NCBI RefSeq assembly: GCF_009914755.1
Contig: NC_060931.1
Source of the DNA: the human T2T-CHM13v2.0 reference genome, Homo sapiens
Length of the DNA: 64,000 nucleotides
Strand: one strand, 5' to 3'
The translations under genes were made by a program, and so were the position numbers. Every line of letters begins with the position of its first letter. The first letter of the stretch is position 1. The notes under the pieces are model-generated. The model was not told the DNA's origin and made no database searches. It saw only the letters and a list, made by a program, of their open reading frames with translations. Shown in pieces: positions 1 to 13,140 of this stretch.

Positions 1-2878
1 CATTAAAAAATCATACACCATCACCAAATGAGATTGATCCCTAGGATCCAAGGATGTTTGAATATAAGCAAGTCAGTTGTTATGACACACCACATTAATA
101 GAATGAAGGATAAAAATCACCAAGATCATCTCCATAGATGCAGAAAAACACTTGACAAAACTAAGTAATGTTTCATGATAAAAGCATTCAAAATATTAGG
201 AACAGAATGAAATTATCTCGACATAATAAAGGCTATATGAAAAGCTCACAGTTGACATCATATTCAGTGGTGAAAAAATAACTTTTTTCTCTAAGATACA
301 GCATGAGACAAGGATGCCCACACTTACCACTTCTATTCAACATAGTACTGGGAGTCCTAGCCAAAGTAAGTAGACAAATAAAATAAAATAAAATAAAATA
401 AATAAGTAAAGAAGAAAAAGAAAAGAAATACAAGGCATGCAAATCAGGAAAGAACAAGTAAAATTATCTCTGTTTGCAGATTACATGATCTTAATATGTA
501 GAAAACCCTAAAGACTCTACAAAAAAGAACTGTTAGAATAAACAAATTCAGTAAAGTTGCAGAAAAAAAATCACAGACAAACTATCACAAGATCAGAAAA
601 CCAAACACCGCATGTTCTCACTTGTAAATGGGAGTTGAACGAGAAAACATGGACACAGGGAGGAGAACATCATATACTGGGGCCTGTCGGGGGCTGTGGG
701 GATAGGGGAGGGCTAACATTAGGAGAGATACCTAATGTAGGTGACGAGCTGATGGGTGCAACAACCACTATGGCAGGTGTATACCTATGTAGCAAAAGTG
801 CACATTCTGCACATGTATCCCAGAACTTAAAGTATAATTTTAAAAAGTCATTCATATATCTGTATACTAACAATGCACTATTTGGAAAGGAAGTTCAGAA
901 AACAATCTCATCTACAATAGCATCAAAAATAATGCAGTACTTAGAAATATACTTAACCAAGAAGGCAAAAAATGTGTACACTGAAAAGTATAAAACACTG
1001 AAGACATTAAAGCAGACAACAAATAAATAAAAAAATCCCATGTTCATGAATTACAATAATTATTATAGTCAAAATGTCCATACTACTTAAAGTGATCTAC
1101 ATATTTAATGCAATCTCTATCAAAATCCTAATGGCATTTTTTTTAAAGTAACAGAAAAAGCAATCCAATCCTAAAATTCATCTGGAACCACAAAAAGCTT
1201 CAAATAACCAAAACAATTCCGAGCAAAAGAATAAATTGGAGGCACCACACTTCCTAATTTCAAAATCTATTACAAAGCTAAAATAATCAAAAAAGTAAAC
1301 AATGTTAACTTTTTTAAGTAAACTTTTTAATGTAAACAACGTTACTGGCATAAAAGCAGATGTATAGGCCAATAGAACAAAACAGAGAGCTCAGAAATAA
1401 ACCCACACACATACGGTCAACTGATCTTTGACAAGAGTGTCAAGAGAAAAGGATGGTTTCTTCAATAAATAGTGCTGGGAAAAGTGGATGTACACATACA
1501 AAAGAATAAAAGAATAAAAGTTGACCCTTATCTTACAACATAAACAAATGGATCAACAAAACCATCAACTAAACACCATCAAGTAAAAATGGATTAAATA
1601 ACTTAAGACCTCAAACCATAAAACTTCTAGAATAAAACATAGGGAAAAAGTTTCTTGACATTGGCCGTAGCAATGACTTCTTGGCTATGATACAAAAAGC
1701 ACAGGCAACAAAATATTTTTTAAAATGAGATTATATCAAGTAAAACAGCTTTTGCACAGCAAGGGAAACAATCAACATAATGAAAAGGCAACCTACAAAA
1801 TGGGAGGAAATGTTTACAAACTATTTGTCTGATAAGGAGTTGACATCTAAAACTCAATAGCCAAAAAAAAAAAATTAAAAATTAAAAAAATGAGCAAAGC
1901 ACTACATCTCTAATGAACATGTATAAATGGCCAACAGGTATACGAAAAGGAGCTTAACATCACTAATCTTTGGAGAAATGCAAATCAAAATCACAGTGAG
2001 ATATTAGCTCACATCTGTTTGGATGGCTATTATCAACAACCCAAAAGATAACAGGTATTAGTGAGAATGTGAAGAAAATGCCCACTGTTGGTGGATATGT
2101 AAATTGGTGTAGCCACTATGGGAAATAGTGTGTAGAATCCTCAAAACATGAAAAATAGAACTACCATATGATTTAGCGATCCCATTAATGGGTATATAGC
2201 CAAAGGAATTGAAATTAGTATATCAGAGAGATATCTGCACTCTCATTTCTTTGCAGCATTCTTCTCAATAGGCAAGACTTGGAAGCAACTTTAATATCCA
2301 TGAGACAGGTGAATGGATAATTAAAATGAGTTATGTGCATATAATGAAATATTATTCAGCCTCAAAAGAAGGAAATCCTGCCACTTGAGACAAACAGATG
2401 AACCTGGAATATATTATGCTCTGTGAAATAATTCAGACACAGAAGATTAAATATTACATAGTACCAATTATATGAGGAATTTAAAATAGTCAAAATAACA
2501 GAAGCAGAGGGTAAAATGTTGGTTTCTCAGGGACTGAGGGGAGGGAGAAATGGAGAGATATTTGTCAAAAGCAGTCTCAGTTATGCATGATGAATAAGTC
2601 CTGGAGAGCTACTGTACAGCATAGGGCCTATAGAAAACAACACTATTTGCTAAGAGGATTGATCTTATGTGACTGTTATCACACACAGAAATAATTATTT
2701 AAGAGGGCTGGAGGAAACTTTGGGAGGTGATGGATACGTTTATGGTACAGTTTGAGGTGATGGTTTTATGATTATAAACTTATATGGTTGTATACTTACC
2801 TACAAACTCATCTTGTATATATTAAGCATGTACAATTTTTCTGTCTGTTAATATCTCAATAAAATGGTTTTAAAAATA
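1..2878 (+). mobile_element. Old L1 (L1MA/MB-type), decayed ORF2 3' part plus 3' UTR
   Basis: Decayed ORF2-like sequence (agacaaggatgcccac..., ctctgtttgcagat) and an L1M 3' UTR ending ctcaataaaa. Confidence 0.9.
574..846 (+). mobile_element. 5'-truncated L1PA 3' end nested in the older L1
   Basis: caccgcatgttctcact...cccagaacttaaagtataat. The host L1 resumes after it; imperfect flanks aaaaatca/aaaagtca. Confidence 0.85.
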
Positions 2879-3109
2879 TCATAATTATGGAGATTAATTT
2901 GCATCATCTTTTTAAAAAACATCAATTATTGTCATCTCTTATAGAAGCTTGAGATGTTTGGTTCAACCTATCAAGTAAACTTATTTTATACTTTTCAACC
3001 AAAGAATTAAAGATAAGTACGATTTGACAGCAGGAGAAATTAGGCATAGAGGAAAACTATAACCTAGTGCTGATTTCTAAATATAATATCCAGTATTATA
3101 CGAGGCTCT

Positions 3110-3215
3110 TTTAATCAAAATTAAATTAAAAATTTAATTTCTCAGCTTCACTAGCCACATTTCAAGTACTCCACAACCACATGTGGCTAGTAGCCACTGG
3201 TGGACTGTGCAGGTT
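3110..3215. mobile_element. MER3/MER33-like hAT-Charlie fragment
   Basis: cactagccacatttcaagt...cacatgtggctagt signature. Confidence 0.7.
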
Positions 3216-3899
3216 ATTTTAGAATATCTTTTCCTTACTTAGCTCAAATACACTATTTTTAAAATTAACCTGATGTATTTGATATAGAAAAATTTAAGTG
3301 TCTTACTTTGCCAGAAATGGATGCAGAGATGACATGCAGCCCCATCTGCCTTCTCTGTACTCTTCCTTCCCACTCCCAAAGCAAAACTTGCTGGACTTTT
3401 TCCTTGCTGCCTGATAAACCTTATATCATCTATAGCTAGCATGTAATTGAATGATGCCGATTATGCAAACTTCTCACAAAAGGCAACTTCCGCATGAGGA
3501 CTATGTTCACGGGTTGGTTATATCTGGATAAAATTTCCCTGAAGGCCTCACAGAGAAGAAGGTGCAAAGTTAACTTTATTTCACTGTAGTGCGTTGACTG
3601 CGTGGTGATGCAAGCTGCTGTGCTGGGCTCCTCAGAGGGTGGAAATCTCACTGCTCTTCCTCAAAGAACTTGATTCTCCAGTAGTTCACCCCTTCCCCCC
3701 ATGGTTTTCCTATTATTTTTTTCTCTATCTATCCACTTGTTGGTGAGTGTGTGAGGTATCTGTATCTGTAGGTATTTGGTGCAGTGGTAAAAATCAGGAG
3801 AACAAAAATAAGCTGGTGAGGTGGTGTGATTCTAACATCGTTTTTCTTTGTGGTTGTTTTCCACTCTAAGACATGCCATGAGATAATTTGAAAACTACA

Positions 3900-4540
3900 A
3901 AAAAAATGAAGATGAAATGAAAAATGAACTATACTCCCATTACCCAGAGAAAAGCTCTGTTAACATTCTGGTGTTTATCCTAACAGTCTTTTTCCTATAA
4001 GATGCAAATTCAGATCATATTTTACACTTTTAAATATTCAGCTGTTTTCACTTAATACTATATTACGAAACTCTTCATTTATCATTAATAGTCTTTGAAA
4101 GTATCATTTCTTAATACAGATGTCCCATAATTTGCTTTACCTTTTCCCTCATTAGAAATTAAGGTTGTTTCCAAATATTGGTAAGACATAATGTGACAAG
4201 TACCAATAATATATATTTTGTGCATCTAAGCAGTATGACAAAATAGAAAAAGGTGAAAAGGTATTAATGTACTTGATGTATTTCCAAACTATTTTCCAGA
4301 AAGGCTGTAACAATTTATACTCCCCTATGTAGGAAAGGTGAGTGTCTTGCCTCACCTGAAACTGAATGTTACTTTAAAAACATGTATGCTAATTTGCTAG
4401 AGAAAATAGTATACTATTGTAGCTTACTTTGCATTCCTTAAATTATTAATGAGGATTAACATTTTTCATGTTCATGGGGCAGCTCTATTTTTTCTTTTCT
4501 AAACAGGATGTCTTTTGTCTGTTTATTAAATTGGGGGCGG
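3900..4540 (-). mobile_element. Ancient L1ME-type fragment
   Basis: ccaaactattttccagaaaggctgtaacaatttatactccc-type motif. Confidence 0.6.
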
Positions 4541-5334
4541 TTTTACCTTTGCTTCTTGTCATCCTTCCAGTTGTTTTATGAAGAAGCCTGATTTGGGGCT
4601 TTTTGATGAAGCCTTGTGAGAGCATGGGATATATCTGCTTATAGGAAAGTGCCTCTAGGAACATGACCATTCTCTCTGTTCATCCTCTTAAACTCCTGGT
4701 GCTCTCATGTTCTCTCTTCCTTTCCTTATCAGCCCCCGATCTCATATGCTACTCATGACCATCTGTTACACCTTAGAGGGAATCTAAATCATCTAATCAC
4801 TAAATGATGCGCCCACTGCTTCATCTCTACTTATACAGTGAAAGATCATCGCTTTCATCAAAGGTATTTTGAGCATCAAATTGGAAATCCTGGGAAACTC
4901 CTGGGCGTGGAGGACCTCAGATGTCACCCTGCAGCTTTCTCTGTCTCTGAGAACAGATCTAGAGCCTTAGTGCCATCGCCACTACAGATGGGCTAAATTC
5001 AAGGACTGATGACTACTCAAGGCTGCTATGGAGTTAAAATAAATAGCATAAGAACATGAATGTGACACAATAAGGTTTTACTGGAAGAAGAGTTAGTTTT
5101 AAAATGACAACAATTGTAGGAAAAGCCAAAATTTATTATATACAAAAAAACAAAAGCTGTTGACATAGTGTTCCTAACCTTTTTTTGCTCCCAACTTTTC
5201 TGAAAATTCTAATTTTTTCCTGCCCTAATCTTTTAAACTACATTTTTTCTCAATTAGATATTTAAAAACATTAAAAAATTCTCCATTGACAATTTTTCAC
5301 TTTGATTTAAAAAGGTGAATAAATAATACATTAC

Positions 5335-5409
5335 CTTTGAAACTAACAGTGAAATGATTTCTTTTACACTGTTGTCGATCAGATCATCTATTTTTGAATG
5401 GTACTGTTG
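5335..5409 (-). CDS. CADPS2: CADPS2 exon, 75 nt, phase 0-0 (QQYHSKIDDLIDNSVKEIISLLVSK)
   Basis: Minus strand tctag|CAACAGTAC...TCAAAG|gtaatg. 25 open codons, continuing the frame of the upstream exons and matching CAPS2 as I recall it. Confidence 0.95.
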
Positions 5410-7161
5410 CTAGATATTAAAAGATAAAAACTCATTAGTTGACATGGACACAAAACTTTTGTCATCAGTCATAAATGCTCTAAATCTACTAGTTATGACC
5501 TATCAGATTTATTTAAAATGATCATTTAGAACATTAAAAGAACAAAACCTTGAAAATGATCCACCCAGTCAACACTTTTTACATTGTGGTTTGAAAATTT
5601 TCCCATGTGCACTGTTGAGTTAAGCAGCTAATGGGGTTATTATTTAGATGAATTGAGTTCTTATTCTTATTCAGGCAGAGGAATGTGAAGGATACTTTTT
5701 GTCTTCTCCTCTATAATTAAGGTGGCCATGTATTTTTCTAAAGGGTTGGTTTAGCTGGAGAAGCAAAAAGACTAGAAAAAGATTTAATTAATACTGCATT
5801 TCATGTCTGACAACTCTCATTCATAAGTTATTTTAAATGTGCTCTAGAAATAAAATGAGCTCCCAATTGTTCACTCTAAAAGGACTTTTTGTCAGCACAG
5901 GGAGCAGCAGTTTATACAATTCTTACAATATGCTCGAGCAAGGGCAAAATTAGAATTTCATCAACAAAGGTGAATAGATGGTAACAAATTAATAGGCCAT
6001 AAAAGGTATAATGAAACATCACTCACTCCCCATAGTTTTATTACCGCTTCCTCATGAAAAAGATGCCTTTAAATAAATACCAAAAAAAGATGTATTTAAA
6101 ATCAACCTGAAAGACTTTTTTTTTTCTTTCTTTAGAGAATACTAGAGGGCTCCATTCTTAAATTAGCAGAAGCTTTGGCTTCCAAGGCTTGTGAAGGCAC
6201 ATCCATTTAAACAGTAATTCTTCCTTTAGAAGCATTTATCTGACAACTGATTGTCCCCAATAGCCACTTCACAGAAAATGTGACTTGTAAAGACTAACCC
6301 TATCTTGATGGTTCAAGGCTTCTTGGAACAGCTAACAAAATGCATAGAGTAAAAGTACTCAGGTCAATATAAACATTAGACCAACTTCACTGCTGGTTGA
6401 ATGGTTTCTTAAGATGTAAGTTTTTGAAAGCTATTTTTTTTTTTTGTGCTGAAAACATGTCTCAAAGTTTCCACACAGTACAAAACATCAACTTAGGTCT
6501 GCTTTGGAATACTCAGGAATGACACTCCACCCCTCTCCCCAAGGGTTCTGACAGTTACAAGTGGTTATCATAAACCTGCATAAATAATAAAGAAAGGAAG
6601 GATAATTTTGGAGTGTCTGAATTATTTTCTTTTTCTGTGTGAGTCTGAGTGTGTGTGGGTGTGAATATAAGTGCATAATGATGAGTGATCTAAAATTAAC
6701 CACACTGATGTGAATGTGGAATTTTCTGGGCACATATTGCACCCACTAAAGCATGTCTGTCTCACTTAAAGCCTTTATTGATTCCCAAGTTTGTGCTCCC
6801 CAGAGGATAAATGGAATTGAAACATAGAGAGTGGATTTCTATTCCAGTAGTGCTGATATTTTTGCTTTCGAGATAGCTTGAAGAGAAGGAAAACGGGAGA
6901 GAAAAGGGGAGAGAAGACAGAAAAACAGGTAGAAGAAAAAGAGCCTGAAAAAGCTGGCTGGCAGTTAAACTTCTGATCCAGTCTAAATTATTAATAATTT
7001 TCTGAGCCAGACAGGTCCACACATGAACATATCTGAGACCAGCTGAACAATTCCAGTGCACTGGCTGATGGGTAGGGTAATCCCTCCACAGACACACTTA
7101 CAAAAAAGGCCCCCCAGCTCCTGGCTGAAAGCTGTGCAGCTGACTGTGCGATGGAGAAGCT

Positions 7162-7173
7162 TATGCAAATGAG
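7162..7173 (+). promoter_or_regulatory. POU octamer motif
   Basis: tATGCAAATgag, with E-boxes nearby. Confidence 0.35.
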
Positions 7174-8638
7174 CTCTGCCTGGCTCTCCCACTCTGCCAC
7201 TCTTGTTTCACGTCCTTCTTGCTCCAGATCAGTGTATTCAGCAAGAGGAAATTAAATGCCACGTGATACACCTCTTTAGGGGTAGAAGAGGAAAGAGATA
7301 CAGGAGTTGGGCTTCAAGCATCTCACTTCCCTCTTACATGGAAAGTGCTCCAAAGCATGCAGGCATTGAGGCACCCAGACTTCCAGGCAGGTTCCTAAAC
7401 ATGCCTTATCCCCAATGTTTTTCTCTGTTTCCATAACTTCCATTTTTTGAATTCAAAGTGATCAAATGTCATCAGAAAGCTATTGTATATAAAATACAGA
7501 GCTTCTACATGTTAAACTTTTGGGTTGAATTGATTCTGGCAAATCTTAAAATCAAGGGACGAGCCACAAAAGAGGTCATTGATACCCATTTTCTTGAAAA
7601 GCAGTGAAAGTCAGTGGACACTAGGAACCATTAAATTCTCCTATAATACACTCCCGTAGATTGTTGCTTGCTTTGATACCTGATCTAGCCATAAGCAGAG
7701 ACAAAGAGAAAAAGAGGAAGAGATGGGGAGGGAGGGAGAGAAAATGAGAATGAATGAACAAAAACAAACACATACAATGTTAAAAACAAAGGAATAAAGA
7801 AGTATACATCTGAAATTTAATACCCAAGGGGTAAATCCAAATAGTGTGAGGTTTTTAGATTTGCATAATATGGGATTCTGCTATTGTAAATGTATCTGGT
7901 TAGATATGACTTACACTAATATTACAACTGCTGGGAACTTTCAGAATCTGCTCTGGCTGTGCAGTTGGTGGAGGTCGTATAGGCACATGAGTGTGAGAGA
8001 AAAGATGGCCCGAGAATTCCCATTTTACATATATATTCTGCAGACAATAACTCACATATGCCATACATAGGTATACAAAATTAGCTAGAAAAAGTCATTC
8101 ATTAGGGGACCCAGGTAACTTTCTTTTTCTTCTTCTGTGTTTTTTAATCCTTGCTAAAAAATGTATTAAATAATGTATTTCAGGAAAATGACAAATTAAC
8201 ATAAAAGGAAGTTGTAGAATGAAGGAACAAGGATGAAACCAGAAATTGAAATATGTCAATAAATGTAATTAATGATTATCTGTAAAAGTAATATTTGTGT
8301 GTGCACGCATTTAAAATAAGGCAAGTCAAAAACTGCCAAAATAACAATGGTTATTGTGTGTTCATCTGGGGTGGGTACAGGAGTGTTCAGTGGATGGTTA
8401 AAACATTCTAAGATCAGTGGTGTGCTTAAACTAGTTCATAAAAGCAGCTTTTTAGAAATTTTCAGATAACTTTCAAAGACAAACATGAACATGCAAAAAG
8501 AGATCACAGGTAAAAGTTTATCTGCATAGACATTTTTAAGTTAAAATTGATAGGTTTTTTTTCCCATTTAGTATAACAGACAACATTTTTGGTACATTAA
8601 TGTTTCCAACAATAAAAACCTATAAAATTTTTATCAGA

Positions 8639-8789
8639 GGCTGGGCATGGTGGCTCATGTCTGTAATCCCAGCACTTTAGGAAGTCAAGGTGGGAGGATC
8701 GCCTGAGCCTGAGTTCAAGGTTGCAGTGAGCTATGAATATGCCACTGCACTTCAGCATGGGCAACAGAAGGAGACAAAAAAAGAAAAAA
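8639..8789 (+). mobile_element. Alu monomer (FRAM-like or deleted AluJ)
   Basis: ggctgggcatggtggctca...ttgcagtgagctatg..., then an A tail. Confidence 0.85.
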
Positions 8790-8792
8790 TAC

Positions 8793-9433
8793 TGAGAAAA
8801 GGTAATGCTTATACACTGTTGGTGGGAATGTAAATTAATTCAGCCACTGTGGAAAGCAGTTTGAAGATTTCTCAAAGAACTTAAGACAGAGCTACCATTT
8901 GAATCAGCAATCCCATTACTGGGTACATATCCAAAGGAACACAGATCACTAAACCAAACAAACGAAAACAAAAACAAAAACAAAAACCACTTGAACTTGT
9001 ATGTTCATTGCCATGCTATTCACAGTAGCAAAGACATGAAATCAACCTAGGTGTCCATCAATGGTAGACCAGATAAAGAAAATATGGTACATATACACCA
9101 TGGAATACTAGACAGCCATAAAAAAGTACAAAATCATATCCTTTGCAGCCACATGGATGCAGCTGGAGGCTATAATCCTAAGTAAATTAACACAGGAACA
9201 GAAAATCAGATACTGCATGTTCTCACTTATAAGTGAGAATTAAACACTGAGAACACACGGACATAAACATGGGAACAACAGACACTGTGGACTAGTAGAG
9301 GGGAGAGGGAGGGAGGGAGATGTGGATGGAAAAACGACCTATTGAGTACTATGCTCAATACCCAGGTGTAACAAAACTACACATGTACCCCCATATCGAC
9401 AACAAAAGTTGAAATTTAAAAGAAGAAAATAAA
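8793..9433 (+). mobile_element. L1PB/L1MA 3' end
   Basis: cactgttggtgggaatgtaaatta...gcatgttctcacttataagtg. Confidence 0.85.
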
Positions 9434-12261
9434 ATTCTTCGAATACTTCAAGTTGGATTGATAATCTTAGATTCTAGGGCTTTGTTAGATTTCAATTCAT
9501 TCTTAAGTTAAGTTTCTCCACATCTGCCCTCAAAGGCAAACTGTGCCTGCTTTCCCGCAGGTGATTCTGAACTTACATTAAGATAACCATTCAGGAATCC
9601 TTACTTCATGAAGCCCAGGGAAATCACAGGTCAGACACAGTCCAAAATCCTGGCCTCTCTACAATCAGGTGAACAGCACCACTTCACCTGACTGCTGTTA
9701 CACAAAGACACTCATGAAATGGCTAATCAGATGCCAGTGAATTCCAGCTTTCTTAAAAGATTTTGGACCTTGTCTTGGGGTATATAATATTTTAAAGGTA
9801 CTGGATTGTTAGTTCCAGAAATGGATGCATTTTAATTTAACTGAGAACAAATTTGGCCCAAGTAGGGCCCCTTGCTCCCCCGAATTGCCATATTAATGTG
9901 TTTTCACCTTCATCCTCAACTAATGGGACCATGGAATGAAGTGGTTCTGAGGGCTGATGAATGCCTACAGCCCAGGTAGTCATCTGCTTTTGTGCAGTTA
10001 CGGATAATGAGGATTCTAAACACTGAGGTGGCTTTGTGATCTCGACATCTGTCCCTGAGGGACTGGCCTGAGACTGCTGACTCATTTCACACAGCTGTCA
10101 CATGAGCAGATCATTCACCCACTAATCACTCCATTAAACCCTATTCTGGGCCTCAGTGGAACATGTTTGCATCATCATGTAGCATGTAAGAAAAACAGGA
10201 TCATAATTTAGAAGCACAGAAGGGAATGCATTGTGAGGAAGGAGTTGGGAAAGTTTTATCCCAGCGATGACAATATAACACATTTACTAGAGATTTTGGA
10301 GAGGTAATTTCTTTATAATTTAGAAAAAACATTGCTGCTATGTTTAACTATGTAGTATATATTTTTACATGGTTCCAAATTGTCTAATGATCTAGTTTTT
10401 TTCAACAACTTTGTTGCTTTTTATAAATGAGGTCCGCTGGCTCACCTGTATATGTAATGTATATACTAATTTTCAACAATTCCGAAACTTATCTCAGCAT
10501 ATATACAGAGGGAAGGCCTATGCAATTATGTGGGTATGTTTACTGGAGAGAAAAAGCGAAGTATAAAATTCTTTTGCAATGAAATTCTTGTTTACCACTT
10601 TTTCAGGGTTGCTAATGGGTTTTACACCTGCACATTCTGAACTATGTTAATTGTGTGAAAGTTGTGGGGAACTAATTGTCTCTGGTGTGAATGTACAGGT
10701 GCACACATAATGAACAGTAGTAGATTACTCTTCAAAACCACCCACCTATTAATGTAAAGAATCATTTGACAATGTAACAATGTTCATCATTTGTGTGTGT
10801 GTGTGCCTGTTTTTCCTTTTAAGTACTACAGCAAGTTGTTTCTTACAGGGGAGGATTTTTAAAGCAGTGACAACAAATCTGTTCATCCACTCAGCAAACA
10901 TTTACTAAAGTGCCTACTGCATGTCAGGTACTGCAGTGTATGTTAAAATAAGAACAAACGGATAAACCCAGTATGAATGGAAGATGATTCCACAAACCAG
11001 ATGAGAAAAGAATGGGTTTATGAGGAAACCTAAGATAATATTCTCAGGCAGACAATCAAAGGCTTACATCTGGTTATTAAAAAAACATGAGGAGGTAAAT
11101 AGGAGCCACTGGTATCTAAGCTAGCTGCCTACTTATTCAGATAATTAGATATAATAAATCATGTTGTAAGTGATCAGAGAATGGTAATTACTGAACATTC
11201 TATAACACATATCAGTTACCTGATATATGTGTAAGGTTGTATGCTATGGTAATATAAATACATTTTTTTTTCTGCTGAATTGCTCAAAGAATAAAATTGT
11301 GTATTCATGCATAAATATAAATTATGGCCAAATAGCTAATGTCTATACCTGGGGCAATAGGTATAGAATTCACAAGTAGTAGGCCTTCCCATCTATTTTC
11401 ACAGTTAACTAAGCCCCTCTGCTTAGATGAGAATTGTCAGCCCAGGAAGAGTCACCCTGAGTTTGATTCCCAATTGTCAACTGTAAGACTTGTAAGATGT
11501 AACTTACCTACAGGACACAAAGACATTCTAACTCACGACAAAAAAAAAAGTATACACTAGTCAATCCTTTACGCATAAAGGTTTTCTAACCTTGTACCTC
11601 AGGGATTCTGGGGTAGTATTTTAGGACGAACTGTTGTGGAGGAGGGCAGAAGTCTCATGACACAGGCCTGCCTCTTCCTTACCTCTGATGATGGTCACAT
11701 CCTAGGCCATGAGTGGGAGGAAAGACTGTATCACTGGTGGGCTTGTACCTCACTGAAATCCACCACTGGGTTCATCTGTATGAAGTGACTTTGGGTGTGG
11801 CCTCCTGGTTCAAGTTTTTAGGGGCTATATGTCATCTAAAGCTCCAAACTTGAAATTCTTTTGGTATTAAAAGTATACTGTAGATAAATGCTTGAAAAAT
11901 GTTAATTATCACTCTGCTCCTATAGTTATTCAGATTTCAATTTAAAAGAAGGTGAATTAATTTGGTTTTAAATAATTTTATCTTTAAAATTCTAAGAGGA
12001 GTTTATAAATTCTGCAGACTAACAGGGGAGAAACATTTCCCTCGTCATTATTTAAGGTATAAGTATTTAGTGTTTTCATGAATCTTTGGACTATTGCTAT
12101 GTTATTGTAAGCTGTTAGCCTTATATATGCGAACACAGAAGCCAAAAATCTGAAAATAAATTTATATAATTTTAATTTGAAAAGATGAAAATAAAAAATA
12201 TACATTTACAAAAATAATAACTCAAATGAAATGTGCTTTTAGAAAAAAAAATGAGACTTAC

Positions 12262-12276
12262 CCATTGACTACCAAA
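12262..12276 (-). CDS. CADPS2: CADPS2 15-nt microexon (FGSQW), phase 0-0
   Basis: Long pyrimidine tract (~12291-12353) then ccag|TTTGGTAGTCAATGG|gtaagt. Perfect donor and frame-neutral; FGSQW recalled from CAPS2 isoforms. Confidence 0.9.
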
Positions 12277-12992
12277 CTGGATCATGCCATGGGTGGAAAA
12301 AAAAAGATGATGAAAGAGAACAGAAGGGAAGAATAAAGAAATGAAGAAAAAGTAATTACAATGGGAAAAAAAGGCAACAAAATCAACTTAAAACAGATAA
12401 TTGAAGAAAAATAAATCAATTTTCACCCAATCACCACTCTCAACAAAAAATCATGGGGTAAAATAAAATTGTACTTCTGAATATAAAACCAAACAAAATA
12501 TAAATAAAATAGAAAGAATAGGATATTTATTGATAAGAACTAGGCCTAGATTTTTAAGTCTATTTCAACCTAAATTTTTAAAAATGGAAGCTACTGTGTA
12601 AATAAACTATTTCACACTTTTTCGTGTGTCTTACTTTTATAGATGCAAACTCTGGATACTCTAGATTTGTATAAACAAAACAGGTAGCTTTCCAGCTTTC
12701 TCATTTGCTTGTAAAAAGCAAGGTTTATGTAAATGACACAACACTTCAGCTGTTAAAAGCTATATCTAAAATTCATGGCCACTAATGCAATTTTAGACCA
12801 TATTTATATCAAAAAGGAGAAACTGACATGAGCAAAGGATAAAGGGCATTCTGTTATTATAGTAAAGATCAAACGTTTGGTGCTAGAGAACTTGGTCTTT
12901 TCAATCCAATCAAGAGAATGCCTTGTGGAAAGGGCATTTCCCATGCCAAGGCACCCTGTGCTGCCTTTCCCCATGTGGCACATTCTACATAC

Positions 12993-13140
12993 CTCTTGTC
13001 CTCCATCCAGGGCACAGAGTTTGGTGCTTTGCTTTTTGGCATCGACTAATACATTAAACATAGTGCAAACGGAAGCTGGAATGCGCAAGTCAGTTGTTTT
13101 GCTTGCCTTTTGTAGCTTGAGTTCAAATGCAGTTCTTGTT
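12993..13140 (-). CDS. CADPS2: CADPS2 exon, 148 nt, phase 2-0 ((R)[49 protein letters not shown])
   Basis: actag|A ACA AGA...CAA GAG|gtatgt. Overlaps ORF 12804..13088; phase matches neighbours. Confidence 0.96.

Noticed and set aside
557-1030. 157-aa ORF, the longest in the track
   Set aside because: Chimera of an L1PA 3' UTR and decayed L1 ORF2; not a gene.
6762-7097. 111-aa minus-strand ORF as a coding exon
   Set aside because: Its open frame is phase 2 while the host intron is phase 0, and much of it is translated pyrimidine tract.
11682-11701. Good donor GAG|gtaagg with a ~19-nt candidate exon
   Set aside because: Weak acceptor context and not frame-preserving; chance-level signal.
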